A DNA stretch of 64,000 nt from Amoebidium appalachense. Its lineage: Eukaryota; Protista; Ichthyosporea. The notes under the pieces are model-generated. The model worked only from the letters and a program-made list of their open reading frames with translations. It had not been told where the DNA came from and did not search any database. Position numbers and translations under genes: made by a program. Shown piece after piece: positions 1 through 24,892 of this stretch. Each line of letters begins with the position of its first letter. Positions within the stretch are counted from its first letter, which is position 1. Where the stretch lies: NCBI GenBank assembly GCA_963693365.1, contig CAVNZM010000004.1:13886524-13950523 (forward strand), in the 5' to 3' direction.

Positions 1-2
1 TC

Positions 3-638
3 GAGGGGAATGCGCTGGTGTGGGGAAACACATTTTCCAACAACGTGCACAACTTTGAGCATGGATATGGCGCGGCAATCTATGTTGAAGACATGTACAA
101 CAAGGTGAAGATTGTCGGGAATACATTCGAGCGCAATAGTGCAGCAGGCGGTGCTGCCATTTTTCTCAACAACATCGGAAACAATGGCGATGATGAATTG
201 ACTATTGATTCCAAGTTCTATCACAACATGGCCCCAGAATATGGCTGGGGGCCACGAGGAGGTGCAATGTGGCTACACGATATCAACTGCAAAGTTCGCA
301 TCCGTGGTGAATTTGTAAACAACACTTCCCCAGAGGGGCGTGGGGCTATCGTTGCGTCTAATTTGGTATCCCCGAAAGGAAACATTGAAATTTCTGGAAC
401 ATACAGGGAGAATGTTGCAAAGATTGGTGGGTGGCTATTTGACACGCGTGGTGATATTGGATTTGCCCCTGGGGCACAGTTGACGGTGCACGGGGAGACG
501 GTGATGGAGGGGAACGTCGGGAATGGGACGGCAGACAACAAAATGGTCGTGTATTCTGCAGCCAATAATGTGAACTACACGACATTCCCGCAGGCACGGT
601 GGTCAGGCAGGACAACAACGTTTTACGCTCGCACGTGA
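3..638 (+). CDS. 3' part of a right-handed beta-helix / pectin-lyase-fold repeat protein (Pmp-adhesin-like FxxN...GGA[IL] repeats); 5'-partial
   Basis: Frame is open from base 3 to TGA at 636-638. Repeats: FSNN..YGAAIY, FERNSAAGGAAIF, FYHN..RGGAMW, FVNN..RGAIV, YRENVAKIGG. No intron in the visible part. Confidence 0.75.
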   Translation, partial: EGNALVWGNTFSNNVHNFEHGYGAAIYVEDMYNKVKIVGNTFERNSAAGGAAIFLNNIGNNGDDELTIDSKFYHNMAPEYGWGPRGGAMWLHDINCKVRIRGEFVNNTSPEGRGAIVASNLVSPKGNIEISGTYRENVAKIGGWLFDTRGDIGFAPGAQLTVHGETVMEGNVGNGTADNKMVVYSAANNVNYTTFPQARWSGRTTTFYART

Positions 639-938
639 GGATTATACCCCTAGACTCATATTCATGTGCATTTGGGGCCATACATGCTGGTGCCGTGCCA
701 TGGGGATGCATGTCAGTGGATTTAACTCTGTGGTTTCTAATTAACGCAAAAAAAAACGTTTGCAGTTTTAAAGTCTCCCACCAAATGTTCACGAACAATT
801 GCTTTTCATTCGGTTTCTTAAAGTGTTCTCTGCAAGCCACCATGTGTGTGAATGTTGAATCATAATTACACTTTTCGCGGCTTAGTGATCGAATGGTAGC
901 AAGTGTCTTCTTTGTTTTTTCGCCTTTCCCCCTTTTTC

Positions 939-1018
<80 letters not shown>

Positions 1019-1395
1019 CTTATGGTGCCTGATGTCAAAGGTTTGACCCTCACACATAGCTAATCAGAGTCTAAATTGTGCTACCGTAAAAGCTGACTGC
1101 AGTCCAGTCCCAGAAGATAGGCAAAAACGTTGCTCAAGAGCAATATAATTAACGGGGGTTCAAGCCCTGTCACTGCATGCCCTTTCAAGGCCTTGAACGT
1201 CGTCGATTATATGAATAGTCACTGAGCCATGTGCATACTCTTTGTGTGCGCACGTATGTGCTTTGCTAAAATCTGCATTATTTTCGTCATGAATGTGTAT
1301 TCCGTAATTTATAAGCATTTTAACCCCCTCACCCCCCTCCCCCCTCCCCTGCCACCACCTAGCCCATCCCACTCTCCCCGGCACATAGTGTGCAC

Positions 1396-1689
<294 letters not shown>

Positions 1690-2068
1690 CACATGCACAA
1701 ACACACATATACACACGCACGCACGCACACACACAATTAAAAAAAAGAAGGTGACACGCTGGCATGCTCAGGTCTTGTACAGAGAGATCGGAACACACAT
1801 GCTGAACCGACACTGTTTCCTAACACAGGCACCAGTAAGCGCACTAAACACAAACACAAACACACAAACACGTACATGTGTGCAGACATGAAACAAAAAA
1901 CTGGAAAGCTTTGACCTCACATCTGGGCCAGCGCAGAACATGCTATGTGCGTAGCCACATGCACAAAAGAAAATCCGTGGCACCCGGTTGAACCCCGCGA
2001 TGTACACACACACACACACACACACACTGTACAGACACACACACACACACATGTACACACGCACACAT

Positions 2069-2124
<56 letters not shown>

Positions 2125-3772
2125 GTGGCACAGACACACTCGCGCAAACCACACCCATACATGCCTACCTTCACACACGCGAACAGTGTGTCTATGATAC
2201 ATGTACGCAGCCAATGAGTTCATTGTAATGCACAGTGTCATGCACACACAAGCACGCACATGTCCCACACACTCAACCCAGGCTGAATGTGTACTAGCCT
2301 AGAAGATTGAAAGCCTTCAAAATGTGTGCAAGGGCGCTGATGGCACAGACCGACTTAGCGAAGGTCTGACCAATCGGTGCCATTGTATTAGTATTAAACC
2401 ACAAGAAAGTAGACGGAAGCACCCATTAGTGAGAGAGTACTAAAAATGTGCACACATGTACACTATACAACGCTGGTGCGTGAGCACAGGTGCACGCTTG
2501 TACACATGCACATGCATTCCACACAACGTGCCACATTCATGTACATGTGTTGGTGCACACACGTACGCATGTACAGAACAACGCATAGACACGAAAAAGC
2601 CCAGTTCATAACAGAACGCGCACATGCACAGTGGAGACGGCTAAAACATGCACTGCCTTTTCGTTCTTCTCGTCTCTCCACATCTTTCACCACAATTGGG
2701 ATATGAATTAATACCCACACGACAATGATTGGAAATATGGAATAATACACTTTTTCATGTGTACGTGCATGATTCGTGAACCCATACACATACCGATAAA
2801 AAATGCGGCTTGAGGGACAACTGGCAAAATCGGGAGAAATGGAAACGGGTGCTCAGGGAGAGACAGAACCAACACACCAACATGACTCTATGTTGGCGAC
2901 TTTAAGGGTTTATCGTCTTTGAGATTCGGCACCGAGGGCGGTAAAAACAGAATCAGAAGCTATATTTAGAATTCATGCTCCAGCACCAGGCTGGCATTGG
3001 GCCTTAAACGTGGCCATTACACTTTCGCAGATCAACTGTGCACTGGTGGTTGGAGTGTGCAAAAGGTATCTAGATTTACAGAAAAATCTTTGTGTGTGTG
3101 TGTGCGTGCGTGTGTGTGTGTGTTGGGGGGGGGGGGGGGGAGCCACATTATTTAGCGTGTGAAAGCGAGGGTCTACATGGACATACTGCAGGATAGACCT
3201 TAGTTCAATATTTAACATGTGGCAAGGCAAAAGCTTCTCGAGTGAAGAAAGGTGCAAGAGGTCGGATAAGATGTTTGTGTGTGTGTCCGTGTGTGTGGAC
3301 TCTTATGTTCATTAAAATAGTCATGGGTAACCAAGAACAAGGACCGAAAATTCGCAAATAGTTGGGTCAGTGCTGTACAGAACATTCTCCAAAGCTGAAA
3401 TGGTTGCTGACTTGCCTTCTGAATGCCCCCGACACACAAGCAACACTATTAGCTATGTGCTGTAACGGTTTGGCGTACGTGCTTGTCTGTGGGTGTGTCG
3501 TATACACGTATGAACAACAGACGGTGATCTATTAGCAACAAGACCCAACTACCTTGAGTCGCTTGAGGGACGGTACGTCGAAAAATTATTACTAAAGCGT
3601 ATTAACAGAAACTACGAAAAATATCAAAAGCATCTCGTAAAAAAAAAAAAAAAAAAAAAGAGCGAAAAGATGAAATAAATACAAAAAAAGAGGCTGCGAA
3701 GCAAGTTCGCACCACACTTCACTATCAGTTCGCATTTTCCACCGCCATCCGAATCCACATCGCGCACCTGCC

Positions 3773-4432
3773 TTAGGATTGGCAGCAGGTGCTTGATGTA
3801 CACCCCTGTGAGCCCGACGACTTTGGCTTGCACCGTATAATACCTCCCTTGGGGTCCTTCTTGTAGCTTTTGCACTTCTTCACTGCCTCGTTGCACGGCA
3901 CAAACGCTGGTGCAGGGGCACAGCAATACTTCTCCGTGCACGTAGACCCCCGTATGCAGCTCAGAATACCCGCCACCTCCGGGTCAGGGTTGTAGCCCCA
4001 CGCGCAGTTGACCGCATCGTCACAGCTGGTGGAATCCCCGCCACTGATTGCCGCCACCTTCAAGTTTCCCCCAGCACAGCAAAATTCGCTTGAACAGGAA
4101 TCACTCATGTTGGCCCTTACCCGGCACTTTGTGGAGTCATTACCACCCCGGTAGCCATTAGGACAGTCGACGTTAGACCAATTGCTGCTGCACGGCACGT
4201 AGGTGGGCATGGGCACGCAGCAGTAGTCGCTACGGCAGCTGTCGGCGGTTTTGTCGGCCCGAGGGCGGCACTTCAAGACCCCCCCACTCTTCGTGTCCTG
4301 CTTGTACATGTACTCACAGGTAACGGCAGTGTCGCAGCTTACAGACGTGGCGGTAATGGCGCACATACCGCTTGCTGCAAGCAGCAGCTGTGCAATTATA
4401 GCGTAGATCGTTCTACTCATGACTGATAGCAT
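3773..4432 (-). CDS. Secreted cysteine-rich protein (~219 aa) with four tandem 6-Cys (C..C..C..C..CC) repeats; intronless
   Basis: ATG at 4432 (alternative 4420). Hydrophobic signal peptide MSRTIYAIIAQLLLAASGMCAITA. Repeats end CRSDYCC, CSSEFCC, CTEKYCC, CTSSTCC. Stop at 3773-3775. Confidence 0.8.
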   Translation of the reverse strand: MLSVMSRTIYAIIAQLLLAASGMCAITATSVSCDTAVTCEYMYKQDTKSGGVLKCRPRADKTADSCRSDYCCVPMPTYVPCSSNWSNVDCPNGYRGGNDSTKCRVRANMSDSCSSEFCCAGGNLKVAAISGGDSTSCDDAVNCAWGYNPDPEVAGILSCIRGSTCTEKYCCAPAPAFVPCNEAVKKCKSYKKDPKGGIIRCKPKSSGSQGCTSSTCCQS

Positions 4433-6663
4433 TTTTATGTCGCAAAAAAGTCTGAAGTGCGAGGACAGCGACTTTGCAGGCGCTAAAGGCACTCCCCCTT
4501 ATGTTTTGTGTGGCCGTGGGTGCCTCTCTCTCCGATGGGGTATACCTACGTGTGTCTGTGGCTGTCAGTGTGTTCCAGAGAGCTACGTTCTTAGTTGTTG
4601 AGTTTGGTTGTTCTACACTGTTGTTGCTATGTACCGTACATAGACTGGTTTATGGTCTGAATTAAAAAGAGGGCTAAGAACCCACACAGGAACGGGAAAG
4701 CTATGATGGATTTGACGAGACAAATTAAACATGTGAAGTCGACAAATGCAACCTTCAACACCCGGCCCCTTTGTTCGTGCCTCAAAATGCAAACTATAGT
4801 ACTGATATAGCTCAGAGAGCATGTAAGACACCTATCAAGATAGCGAAAAACATGCACACGGAAACTATAGGCGGGCAAGTCCGACTGGCTGACTGGAAGA
4901 AATCCGCTGGATGTCCGTGGTCAAAACGTCATGATCATAGGGCGGCCAACCGCAGTGTTTTCGTAATCTGCCCTCCTCCACTCACACACGCTGATTGGAT
5001 ATCAATGTGCGTACATTGTTGTCGCTATACTCATAGGGGTGTTCATCTTGCAGGGACGCGGGGAATTTCGAGCATCCCAAAATATTTAATGGTAGAAATA
5101 GTCTCGTGAATCTGTGGTTATTGATTCTACGTGTAAATTTTTGTTTATGTATTTGCATAGAAGTATTATAAGGCATTTTATAACCTTTTAAAAAAAATCG
5201 GTAAAAATAGGCTTTTATCTTATTACTGGAGATCATTCGGAAGTTCGAGGCGGTGGAAATGAATTTCGAAAAATGAACAATGCTGAAATATTTCAGAATG
5301 ATAATGAGCCCCACATATTGGGGTAGGCACTGGAGATTTATGGAATTCCCTATACTATGCTGGAATGGATTCTTCGCAATCCCTTTCACCAATCAGCACC
5401 CGAATACAATAACCAAATTTGATGTATGTTGCCGAATATTCTTCCAGCAGCCAATCGCGAGTCTAGCTTTGCACTCGCCGGTTACCCTGACACATGGCAC
5501 ATGCACACATGAGCCAAAGTTGCCCAACGTTACCGAGGACTTGAAACAACAACTCATTGTGGGGATACTGCTCCTAGGAGGGTGACAGTGATACAGGCGC
5601 AAAACGATGTATGGGTTACGTGCAAATGTAAATTGGTCGGCACTATACTAAAATGCATACTAAAATGCCCTGCGTGTGCTTCCGACTTCACGGTGCACTG
5701 CGTGCCTCCTTGATATCGCGGTAGTGGCGGTACCGTACTGCACACGGGAGGACTCGATGCACGTGGCAGCGAAACTATCAGATCAGGCAACCATCTGCAA
5801 TGCCGTCATGATATGCACGCAATAAAGTTTGGCGCAATACCGCCGTGATAGTAGAATTTCCAATGCCTGGCCCACGTGAACTTCCCCTGTGAATAGTATT
5901 GTGTGCGGTCATACTCAAATCATATCCACGCCTACCTCCCTTCTCCCCATAGCAAATTTCGGATAAATGGGGAATTGTCTAACACGTACTGACGTGTTGC
6001 CGCACGTGCGACGTTTTACATCTACTCTCCTTTTAAGTATAAAAAAAAAAAAAAAAAAAAAAGAAAGGAGACACCGCCTCAGTAGGTGGTAGGGGAATTG
6101 TGTATCTTGCATGCGATAATAATATGCTGGCCCCCAGCCCCGACAATATGTAAACGGGCGAACTTGCAACATGTGCTGTCCCGGTGGGTGGGTGGGTGGG
6201 TGGGGGGGGGGGGGGGGGGGGGGGGGACTAATAGGAAGGGGAGAGGAGGAGGTGGTGGGTGGACCAAACATGGGGGGCCGGGGGGGGGGGGGGGAGGGGG
6301 GGGGGGGGGGGATGGGCATTATTGTCAATAATAATAATACTATCTGTGCCATGCATACTGGCTTTATATAATAGTTGGATCGGATGCGTCCACCTGCACG
6401 TGCCTCGAACCCTCCCTTCCCCCCTCCCCCTCCCCGTCTCGAGCTCCCCCCACCCCCACCCCCACCACATATACAAACGTCACCGGCACCCCCTTTCCCC
6501 CGGTTGCCCCTGTTTGAATTAAGGAGGTGGAAACCATCCGTGTGGACCCCCCTCCCATCCCCCCACCGTGCACTGCAGCTACATGCATCACGTGACATTC
6601 CCACCACCCACTAATATCTTTTCTGGTGGTGGATTCCTCTCCTCCGCCTCAAACCCCCCTCCC

Positions 6664-6694
<31 letters not shown>

Positions 6695-6756
6695 AAAAAA
6701 AAAAGAAAGAAAAAAAAAAAAAAGGCTCCCCTCCCCCGCCCGCGGCCCTTCCCCAG

Positions 6757-7116
6757 CAGGGCAAAACCACATCGATGTTCAGCAGAATCAACTAATTTTT
6801 TGTCAATGAATTATTCAGCGCTGATAATCATGAACAGGATTATTCTGCAAGACTAGAACTATTCTTGGTTTAAAATATACAGAATAATTCTGCTTCGGGT
6901 AGCATTGTTCTGTGAGAGGGGGGGGGGGGGGGGGGGGGGGGGAGGGGGGAGGGGGGGGGGGGGGGGGGGGGGACGATAACTCTGCTCGAAGTAAATTTCA
7001 GCATTATCAACTCGCTTTGAATTATTCAGCTGACAAGTATGAGCAAAATTATTCTGCAAGGCTAGAATTATTCTGAGTTTCGCAGAATAATTTTGCTTCG
7101 AGTAGCACTGTTCTAT

Positions 7117-7152
<36 letters not shown>

Positions 7153-8417
7153 AGGGTGTTATGATAGAATAGCCTGCAAAGATTGTTCGATGTAGTGTCA
7201 GAGTGGTGCAAGGCAAACCTTATGATCCTAACATAGACAAATGTGGTGTTCTTGTACCTGATATAGCTAACAATTTACACACATTTACATTATCATCTAA
7301 ACCTGTACCTATAGTTCCAGAATACAAATATCTTGGTGTTCCGGTTAATCCTGCTGGTGTTATGTTTTCCCATATGGTCGAAAAGAGGGTAGAATTGGCT
7401 CGTAAGCGGTTAGCTTTCTTCTCGGCTAATATCTTTAAAGACACACCCCTCCATCCTTCTATTAGACTTACATTTATTCGCACCTTTGTCTTCCCGGCAT
7501 GTGAATATGGTTTACCCCTTCTCGCCGCTTGGATCAAATAAGAGAGAACTAGAGCGCTTAAACCCTTGGCAAATTTCCTTAAAGCAGAAGTTGCCTCCTT
7601 CCTATCTAACAACTGTTGTAAACCTGGGCCTGTAGCGCTCTCGATATATGGTCTGGTCCCAATAGCTGCTAGAGTATCCTATCTCGCGCTGAAATTCAAT
7701 AAGCACATAAGCCGCTTAACGAAATATTTGCCCTCCCACCCTCTCTTCTCTATCCGACCTGTCCCCTCCTCACCTCTCCCCTCTTTCCTTCCCTCTCTCT
7801 CCCCTTCTCCCCTGGGCACAAATACAGATAAACCCCGCAAAAGTGTGTGTGTGACTTTGGACTGCCACTTACTTATTAAACATGTACACAATCACAAGAT
7901 AATCACGCAATATAACAAATGGAAAAAGATATCACACGACACTAGACCCGATGAAAGCAGACACCTTGAAAAACTAAGCCTTATGTCTCGTTTTATATAT
8001 ACTGACCGCCTCAACCATATTGCCAAATATGGCACTCGCAAATGTATAACACCTAAATACATATTACCTTCCTGTAGAACTGGTCCTTCTCTAGCTGATG
8101 GTATTATTGATCAATTACCACGCTTTTACTGTACACGTGACTATACAGTGAAGATCTAACAAGTATAAGGTGGCATCGTTTGCATGCCCAAACAACACAC
8201 ACACACACCAGTTTAAACGGTCATGTATCGCCAAATGTAGTTTGATAGACCACATAATACCGCAACACACACACGTCACATTCACAACAGACACCCAGAA
8301 AGATAGCCTACCTGTAAATCACAACATCCTTGATTTTATACTAAACACGCGTAACTACGACCTGTTTATTAGATGTATTGATTGGCTTGAGAAACACATC
8401 ACTACAAAATTCTTGCG

Positions 8418-8470
<53 letters not shown>

Positions 8471-8498
8471 CCAGCTGATACCGAGTGTCCCAGGGGAG

Positions 8499-8533
<35 letters not shown>

Positions 8534-8997
8534 CGGAACACCGTATCACTGAGGTACTGCCAATCCCGATCTATGCTGAGAGACTATCTGTGATCCTATT
8601 GGACGATGTATTCGCGGACTGGCATCCACGCGGGTATATAAAGCAGCCGGACCATCCTCAGATGGTACCGGAGGATCCGAGATCTCAAACCACTTCCTGC
8701 GTACCTTTCTACTCTCGATCCGCAGTCTCTTACAGAGGTCACAGGACCGAATCCTGCCTCTGCTCCACATTCATTCTGATAAAGGGGGGAACAATTCTGC
8801 TCGAAGCAAATAATTTGTGTTGCCGTTAGCAGAAGTGTTCTACTTATAAGCTGCTCAGAGCCTCTGAATAATTTTGCTTTGCTGAGTAATTCTGCTACGC
8901 AGAAAAGTTCTGCTTTCTGCAGAAGACTTCTGATTTTTACAGAATAATTCCGGCGAGTCGGAGCAAGTTGATTCTGCTGAATCGAATGTGGTTGCTC
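6757..8997. mobile_element. Inverted-repeat-bounded (MITE/foldback-like) element interrupted by a LINE fragment
   Basis: TTCAGCAGAATCAACT (6778-6793) is the exact reverse complement of 8966-8981, with imperfect outward extension (AACCACAT.CGA). Both arms are built from AGAATAATT/TTCTGC motifs. An internal ~210-bp direct repeat lies at ~6805-6970 and ~7017-7150. Confidence 0.6.
7168..8478 (+). pseudogene. 5'-truncated, decayed non-LTR retrotransposon (RT C-terminal/thumb region plus Cys/His C-terminal domain)
   Basis: LQRLFDVVSEWCKANLMI/PNIDKCGVL (frameshift near 7226), YKYLGV, RLTFIRTFVFPACEYGL, in-frame TAA at 7539-7541, a second break near 8160, then C..H..RSC..C and HNILDFILN. No YADD motif, so truncated upstream. 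The ORF runs into (CA)n at 8422-8469. Confidence 0.85.
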
Positions 8998-9131
8998 CCC
9001 CCCCCCCCCCCCCCCACCCCCCCCCCCCACCCTTCCTCCTCGCCATACCGCGGGAGTGGAACACCCCTCCCACACACCCGCCACACACACTCGTAGCCAG
9101 CTGTTCGAGGAGCTTCGGTGCACGTGGTGAT

Positions 9132-9182
<51 letters not shown>

Positions 9183-9596
9183 CCCCCCTCCCCTCCAACC
9201 ACCGCCATCACCACCACTGCCGGCTCGAGGCTCCTACGCACCATAACACTTTTTCACGTGCCTCCCACCCAGCCAGCTTCCAATATCAATTATTTCTTTC
9301 CAAACTGAATATCATTGAATCGTCAAATCCCTGCTTGCCGTACTGAAAGCGTTCCCCTCCCCTCCCCCTCCCCCCCCCCCCCCCGGGGCCCAACAAACCC
9401 CCCCGCCCCCGGCCCCCTCCCCATCCCTTGCACGCTTCAGGTGTCCGCACCGGTCATGTGTGCGCATCATGTGTGTGACACGTTGCCCTTCTGAGATCGT
9501 GGTGTGTGTCATGATGTGTGTGTGTGTGTGTGTGCGCGCGCGTGCGCGTGGGCGCCCGTGTGCGCATGTACGTGTTGTGTATACGTATGCCTGCGT

Positions 9597-9627
<31 letters not shown>

Positions 9628-10167
9628 GGGGGGTAGGTGGGTGGGTGGGTTAGTGTCAGTTAGTGCGTGTGTCAGTATACGAATACATGTGTTGTGTGTG
9701 ATGTGTATGTGCCGGGTGTGTGGGTGTGCGTATACGTATGCACACTACACGCACATGCACGCATGGCGTATCCAGCTGAGGGACTGCCAGGCCGGTCTGT
9801 GATTGAAGTGTGCGGCACACGTGGACACTCAGCAAAAAAACGACGTAATTTAAGCACAGGGGCATATACCCCGTTTATTGTGGTAAACCGCGGAGACAGG
9901 GAAGAGAGACTCAAGGGGCTGTGCATGTATTGGACTAGATTATAATGTAGCTGTGCAAGGCTGCCAGCCTACATGCCCACTGACCGGCAGTGAGAAAAGA
10001 GTCAAACACTTCTGCATGCATGATGCGTCCATCACGCACATCATCTGTCATGTGCTGCTACATGTATGACTGATAATGCATGCAGTGCTGATGGATTTTC
10101 CTCTGAACTCTTCATTCATCCCTGTCGTGTGTGCCCCCCCCCCCCCCCCCCCCCCCCGCTCGCCCTC

Positions 10168-10240
<73 letters not shown>

Positions 10241-10279
10241 AGGGAAAAGTTGGGGGGGGGGGGGGGGGGGGGGGGGGGT

Positions 10280-10398
10280 TTGAATGCGTCAAAAAGTACG
10301 AAGTACACAAGAACAAACGGATAACACGATGCAGAATGCAAGCCATACATAAAGAGTATGCATAATAAGCAGAGCCCATCCTCAGGGGGGGCCCACGT
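10280..10398. repeat. Dispersed repeat, copy A
   Basis: TTGAATGCG..GTACGAAGTAC..TAAAG(AG)TATGCA..AAGCAGAGCCCATCCTCAGGG..GGGCCCA is shared in the same order with 16061-16207. Both copies follow a poly-G run. Confidence 0.7.
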
Positions 10399-10741
10399 CA
10401 TCCACAGTACCCGAGTTTCGACCTATTCCCCTCGTTAACGAAACCCAACTCAGATACTGTTTCACTGGGGGGAAGAGGAGGGGAAGTAGTAGTAGCAGAA
10501 GAAAAAGAGAAAAGAAGACGACGAAGGGGAATTCGAAGAATGGAAGAACAGTCTCAATGAAAAAGCCCGGTTGTATCAACATCGCGTACTATATCAACCC
10601 AAATACCGTCCTATTACATGTACGAGACAAAAATTCAATCATGCGTAATTGAGAAACACAACATACATACATACATTCATCTACAGCAATACTCAATTCA
10701 ACCTAACAGCCCACCACGTGTGATCACATGGGTGTCTACAT

Positions 10742-17806
<7,065 letters not shown>

Positions 17807-18244
17807 GGTGCCCTTGCTTGGGGAGGGCTGCCCCGGTCAAGCAAGTACCAGCACTGGGAATAGACTACTGGGTCAGGCCATACATCCCAAATTAGAGGGT
17901 GTAACGTAACGCTCGGGACTCTCAGCGGTTTCGTGAACATCGTTTTTTTGGAGCGTGAGAGAAAGCAAGATCTTGTTCGTGGACCTATCCGTGGACCTAT
18001 TTGAATAGATCTATGCGTAGATTCACTGAGTCCACACTGCAGTCCACACCAAGGCCTTGGTCCACACCCGGAGTGCAAGAGGTGCAAGCACATAAGCTGA
18101 TAAGCTCTGAGTTCGTTTGATTAAGGCTGTTGCTCCGAGTGCCAGGGCAAAGCCATTTTTCTTGCTAGACTGATATATTTGGGTGGCCAGGTTGCACGTT
18201 ACTAGGGCAGCACCCACACGCGGCCTACCCTCTACCGTGGCGCC
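17807..18244. promoter_or_regulatory. Putative bidirectional promoter between the APE2-like and CINP-like genes
   Basis: 438-bp microsatellite-free spacer between two divergent ATGs. Inferred from gene layout only. Confidence 0.5.
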
Positions 18245-22720
<4,476 letters not shown>

Positions 22721-24132
22721 CAACGGGGCTATTTTATTTTTATTTTATTTATTTTGTTTTATAAAATTTATTATACTTTATTTATTATTATTATTGTGAT
22801 TAATTATATTTTTATTTTTCTTTTTTTTTTGGGGGGGGGGGGGGGGGGGAGGGGGGGGAGGGGGGGGGGGTAATGAATGGTGTTATGCTTTTCGAATGTT
22901 GATGTTGACGAATGGATGTTCGAGAGTGTAGTTGGACATTAGCCTAGATGAAAGGCACGAAAAGCTCATTAATTAAGCCGCATAGGCATGTTAGTTTTTA
23001 CTTGACAATATGCCAACACTTGGTACATAATGAACATGGTGAATCCAGCTGATATTTATGGTGTTGAACGTACGTGCACCAAGACATTTGTGCTAACTTT
23101 AGAATAAAAGTCTCTACCGAACTCCTATTGATAATAAACTGCTCATCTACTTTTTTGATATGCCATCACTGAAAAAAATGATAAACACATTCTCTCTTGC
23201 ATGTGTATGCAGAAATTATATCCCATAACTCTGTATGTGTTTGGAGCTTGTATGTATTTAGCGCTGATGGTGTGCATGATGCATGCATGTTCTAATGTGT
23301 AAACACACATGCCTAATCCACAAATGCCGTTATGGTTTTCCGGTTACAGGTGTCACGTTTATTAAAAATTGTATAGGCCCGGTTAAAACTTATGCATGCT
23401 TATTCAACGTGCATGCGAGAAGGTTTTTGTGTGTGTGTGTGTCGTGATAGGGACTCTTGAGTTTAAGAATTGTAGGCTGGAGGGGGGAATGGCGGGACGT
23501 CCTCATGATTGGTCCCAACCTCAGCCCGCCTCCCCCTCCCTCCCGGATAGAAAGGGGGGGAGGGGGGGGGGGGGAGGAGGGGGGGGGGGGAGGGGAGGGG
23601 GGGGGGGGGGGGGGCACCTTGCTCGCGGGCCTGGGGCCCTCCCCACTCCCTTCTCCCCCCCTCCCCCCTCCCTCCCCCCTTTACCCTTTCCCCGAGGAAA
23701 CCACAGGGATGTGTGTACACCCTCATCCTCCTTCCCCCCCCACCCCCCCACCCCCCTGCACGTGCACGCGATCTGGTCAAACATCTCTCTCCCCCTTGAC
23801 CTCGCCCACCAACCTGTTACAGTATTCGTTACTGTCAGCTATTATGATTCTGATATATTGGGGCCCCGATGTTATCGTCTTCACCGTGCAGTGTTCGTGT
23901 ACATGTGTGACACGTGCACTGTGTTTGTGCGAGGGGGAAATGTATGTTTGTGCGGTGTGGGAACCGGTGTGTATATCTCCATGTGAATGTGCAGGTACGC
24001 ATCCTGGTTTGTGCACCTCCTGTGCGTGTGTGGTACATGTGTGAGAATGTGCTATTGCGTACGAAATACTACACGGTGTGAAAGCCGATGCATGGTGTGA
24101 GTGTGTGCTGTGGGGAGACTGGAGACGTGCCC

Positions 24133-24163
<31 letters not shown>

Positions 24164-24285
24164 TTCATTGTAACAAAAAAAAAGGAAAAGGTAACTACTA
24201 GCCCCCCCGCCCCCCCCCCTCCCCCCCCCCCCCCCCCCCCCCTCCCCCCTCCCCCCCAAATAAAAAAAAAAGGTACTACTGCCCC

Positions 24286-24322
<37 letters not shown>

Positions 24323-24411
24323 ACCCCCTCCCCCCGTTTCAAAATTGATCAAGCTTACCTTATAGTCGCATGCCACCACATTGTTATTAGACATTATAAA
24401 ATGTGTGTGCC

Positions 24412-24479
<68 letters not shown>

Positions 24480-24814
24480 GTGTGTGTGACAGTGTGTGTG
24501 TGTGTGTGCACGTGCATGTGTCTGTCTGTACTGAACGTTATTTTCTGTGTGGTGTTCATAAACCTCAGGACAGTCTGTAAACTAAGCGGTACACAGGTGT
24601 TTTATGATGGTACCCACTCAAAGCCCAAGGTGGCGGCGAAGTATTAGAAATTTTGAAGCTTGCATTTTCGAAGGAAAAAAAGGGGGGGAAGGGGGGGGGG
24701 GGGGGGGGGGAGGGGGGGAGCCGGGGGAGGGTGCACGGGGAAGGGGGGGGGGGGGGGGGGGGGGGGGGAGGGGATATTACTTTGGTGGCGCTTTTTATCA
24801 ATGATATATTTTTA

Positions 24815-24892
<78 letters not shown>

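Noticed and set aside
1095-1178. tRNA-like segment: B-box-like GGTTCAAGCCC, TGCAGT/ACTGCA ends and a TTGCTC-AA-GAGCAA hairpin
   Set aside because: No proper D-arm/A-box or 7-nt anticodon loop. At best a degenerate remnant; tRNAscan-SE would settle it.
4600-5900. Microsatellite-poor stretch with several 70-136-aa ORFs
   Set aside because: No recognisable motifs or consistent splice pattern. Left unannotated as upstream or intergenic DNA.
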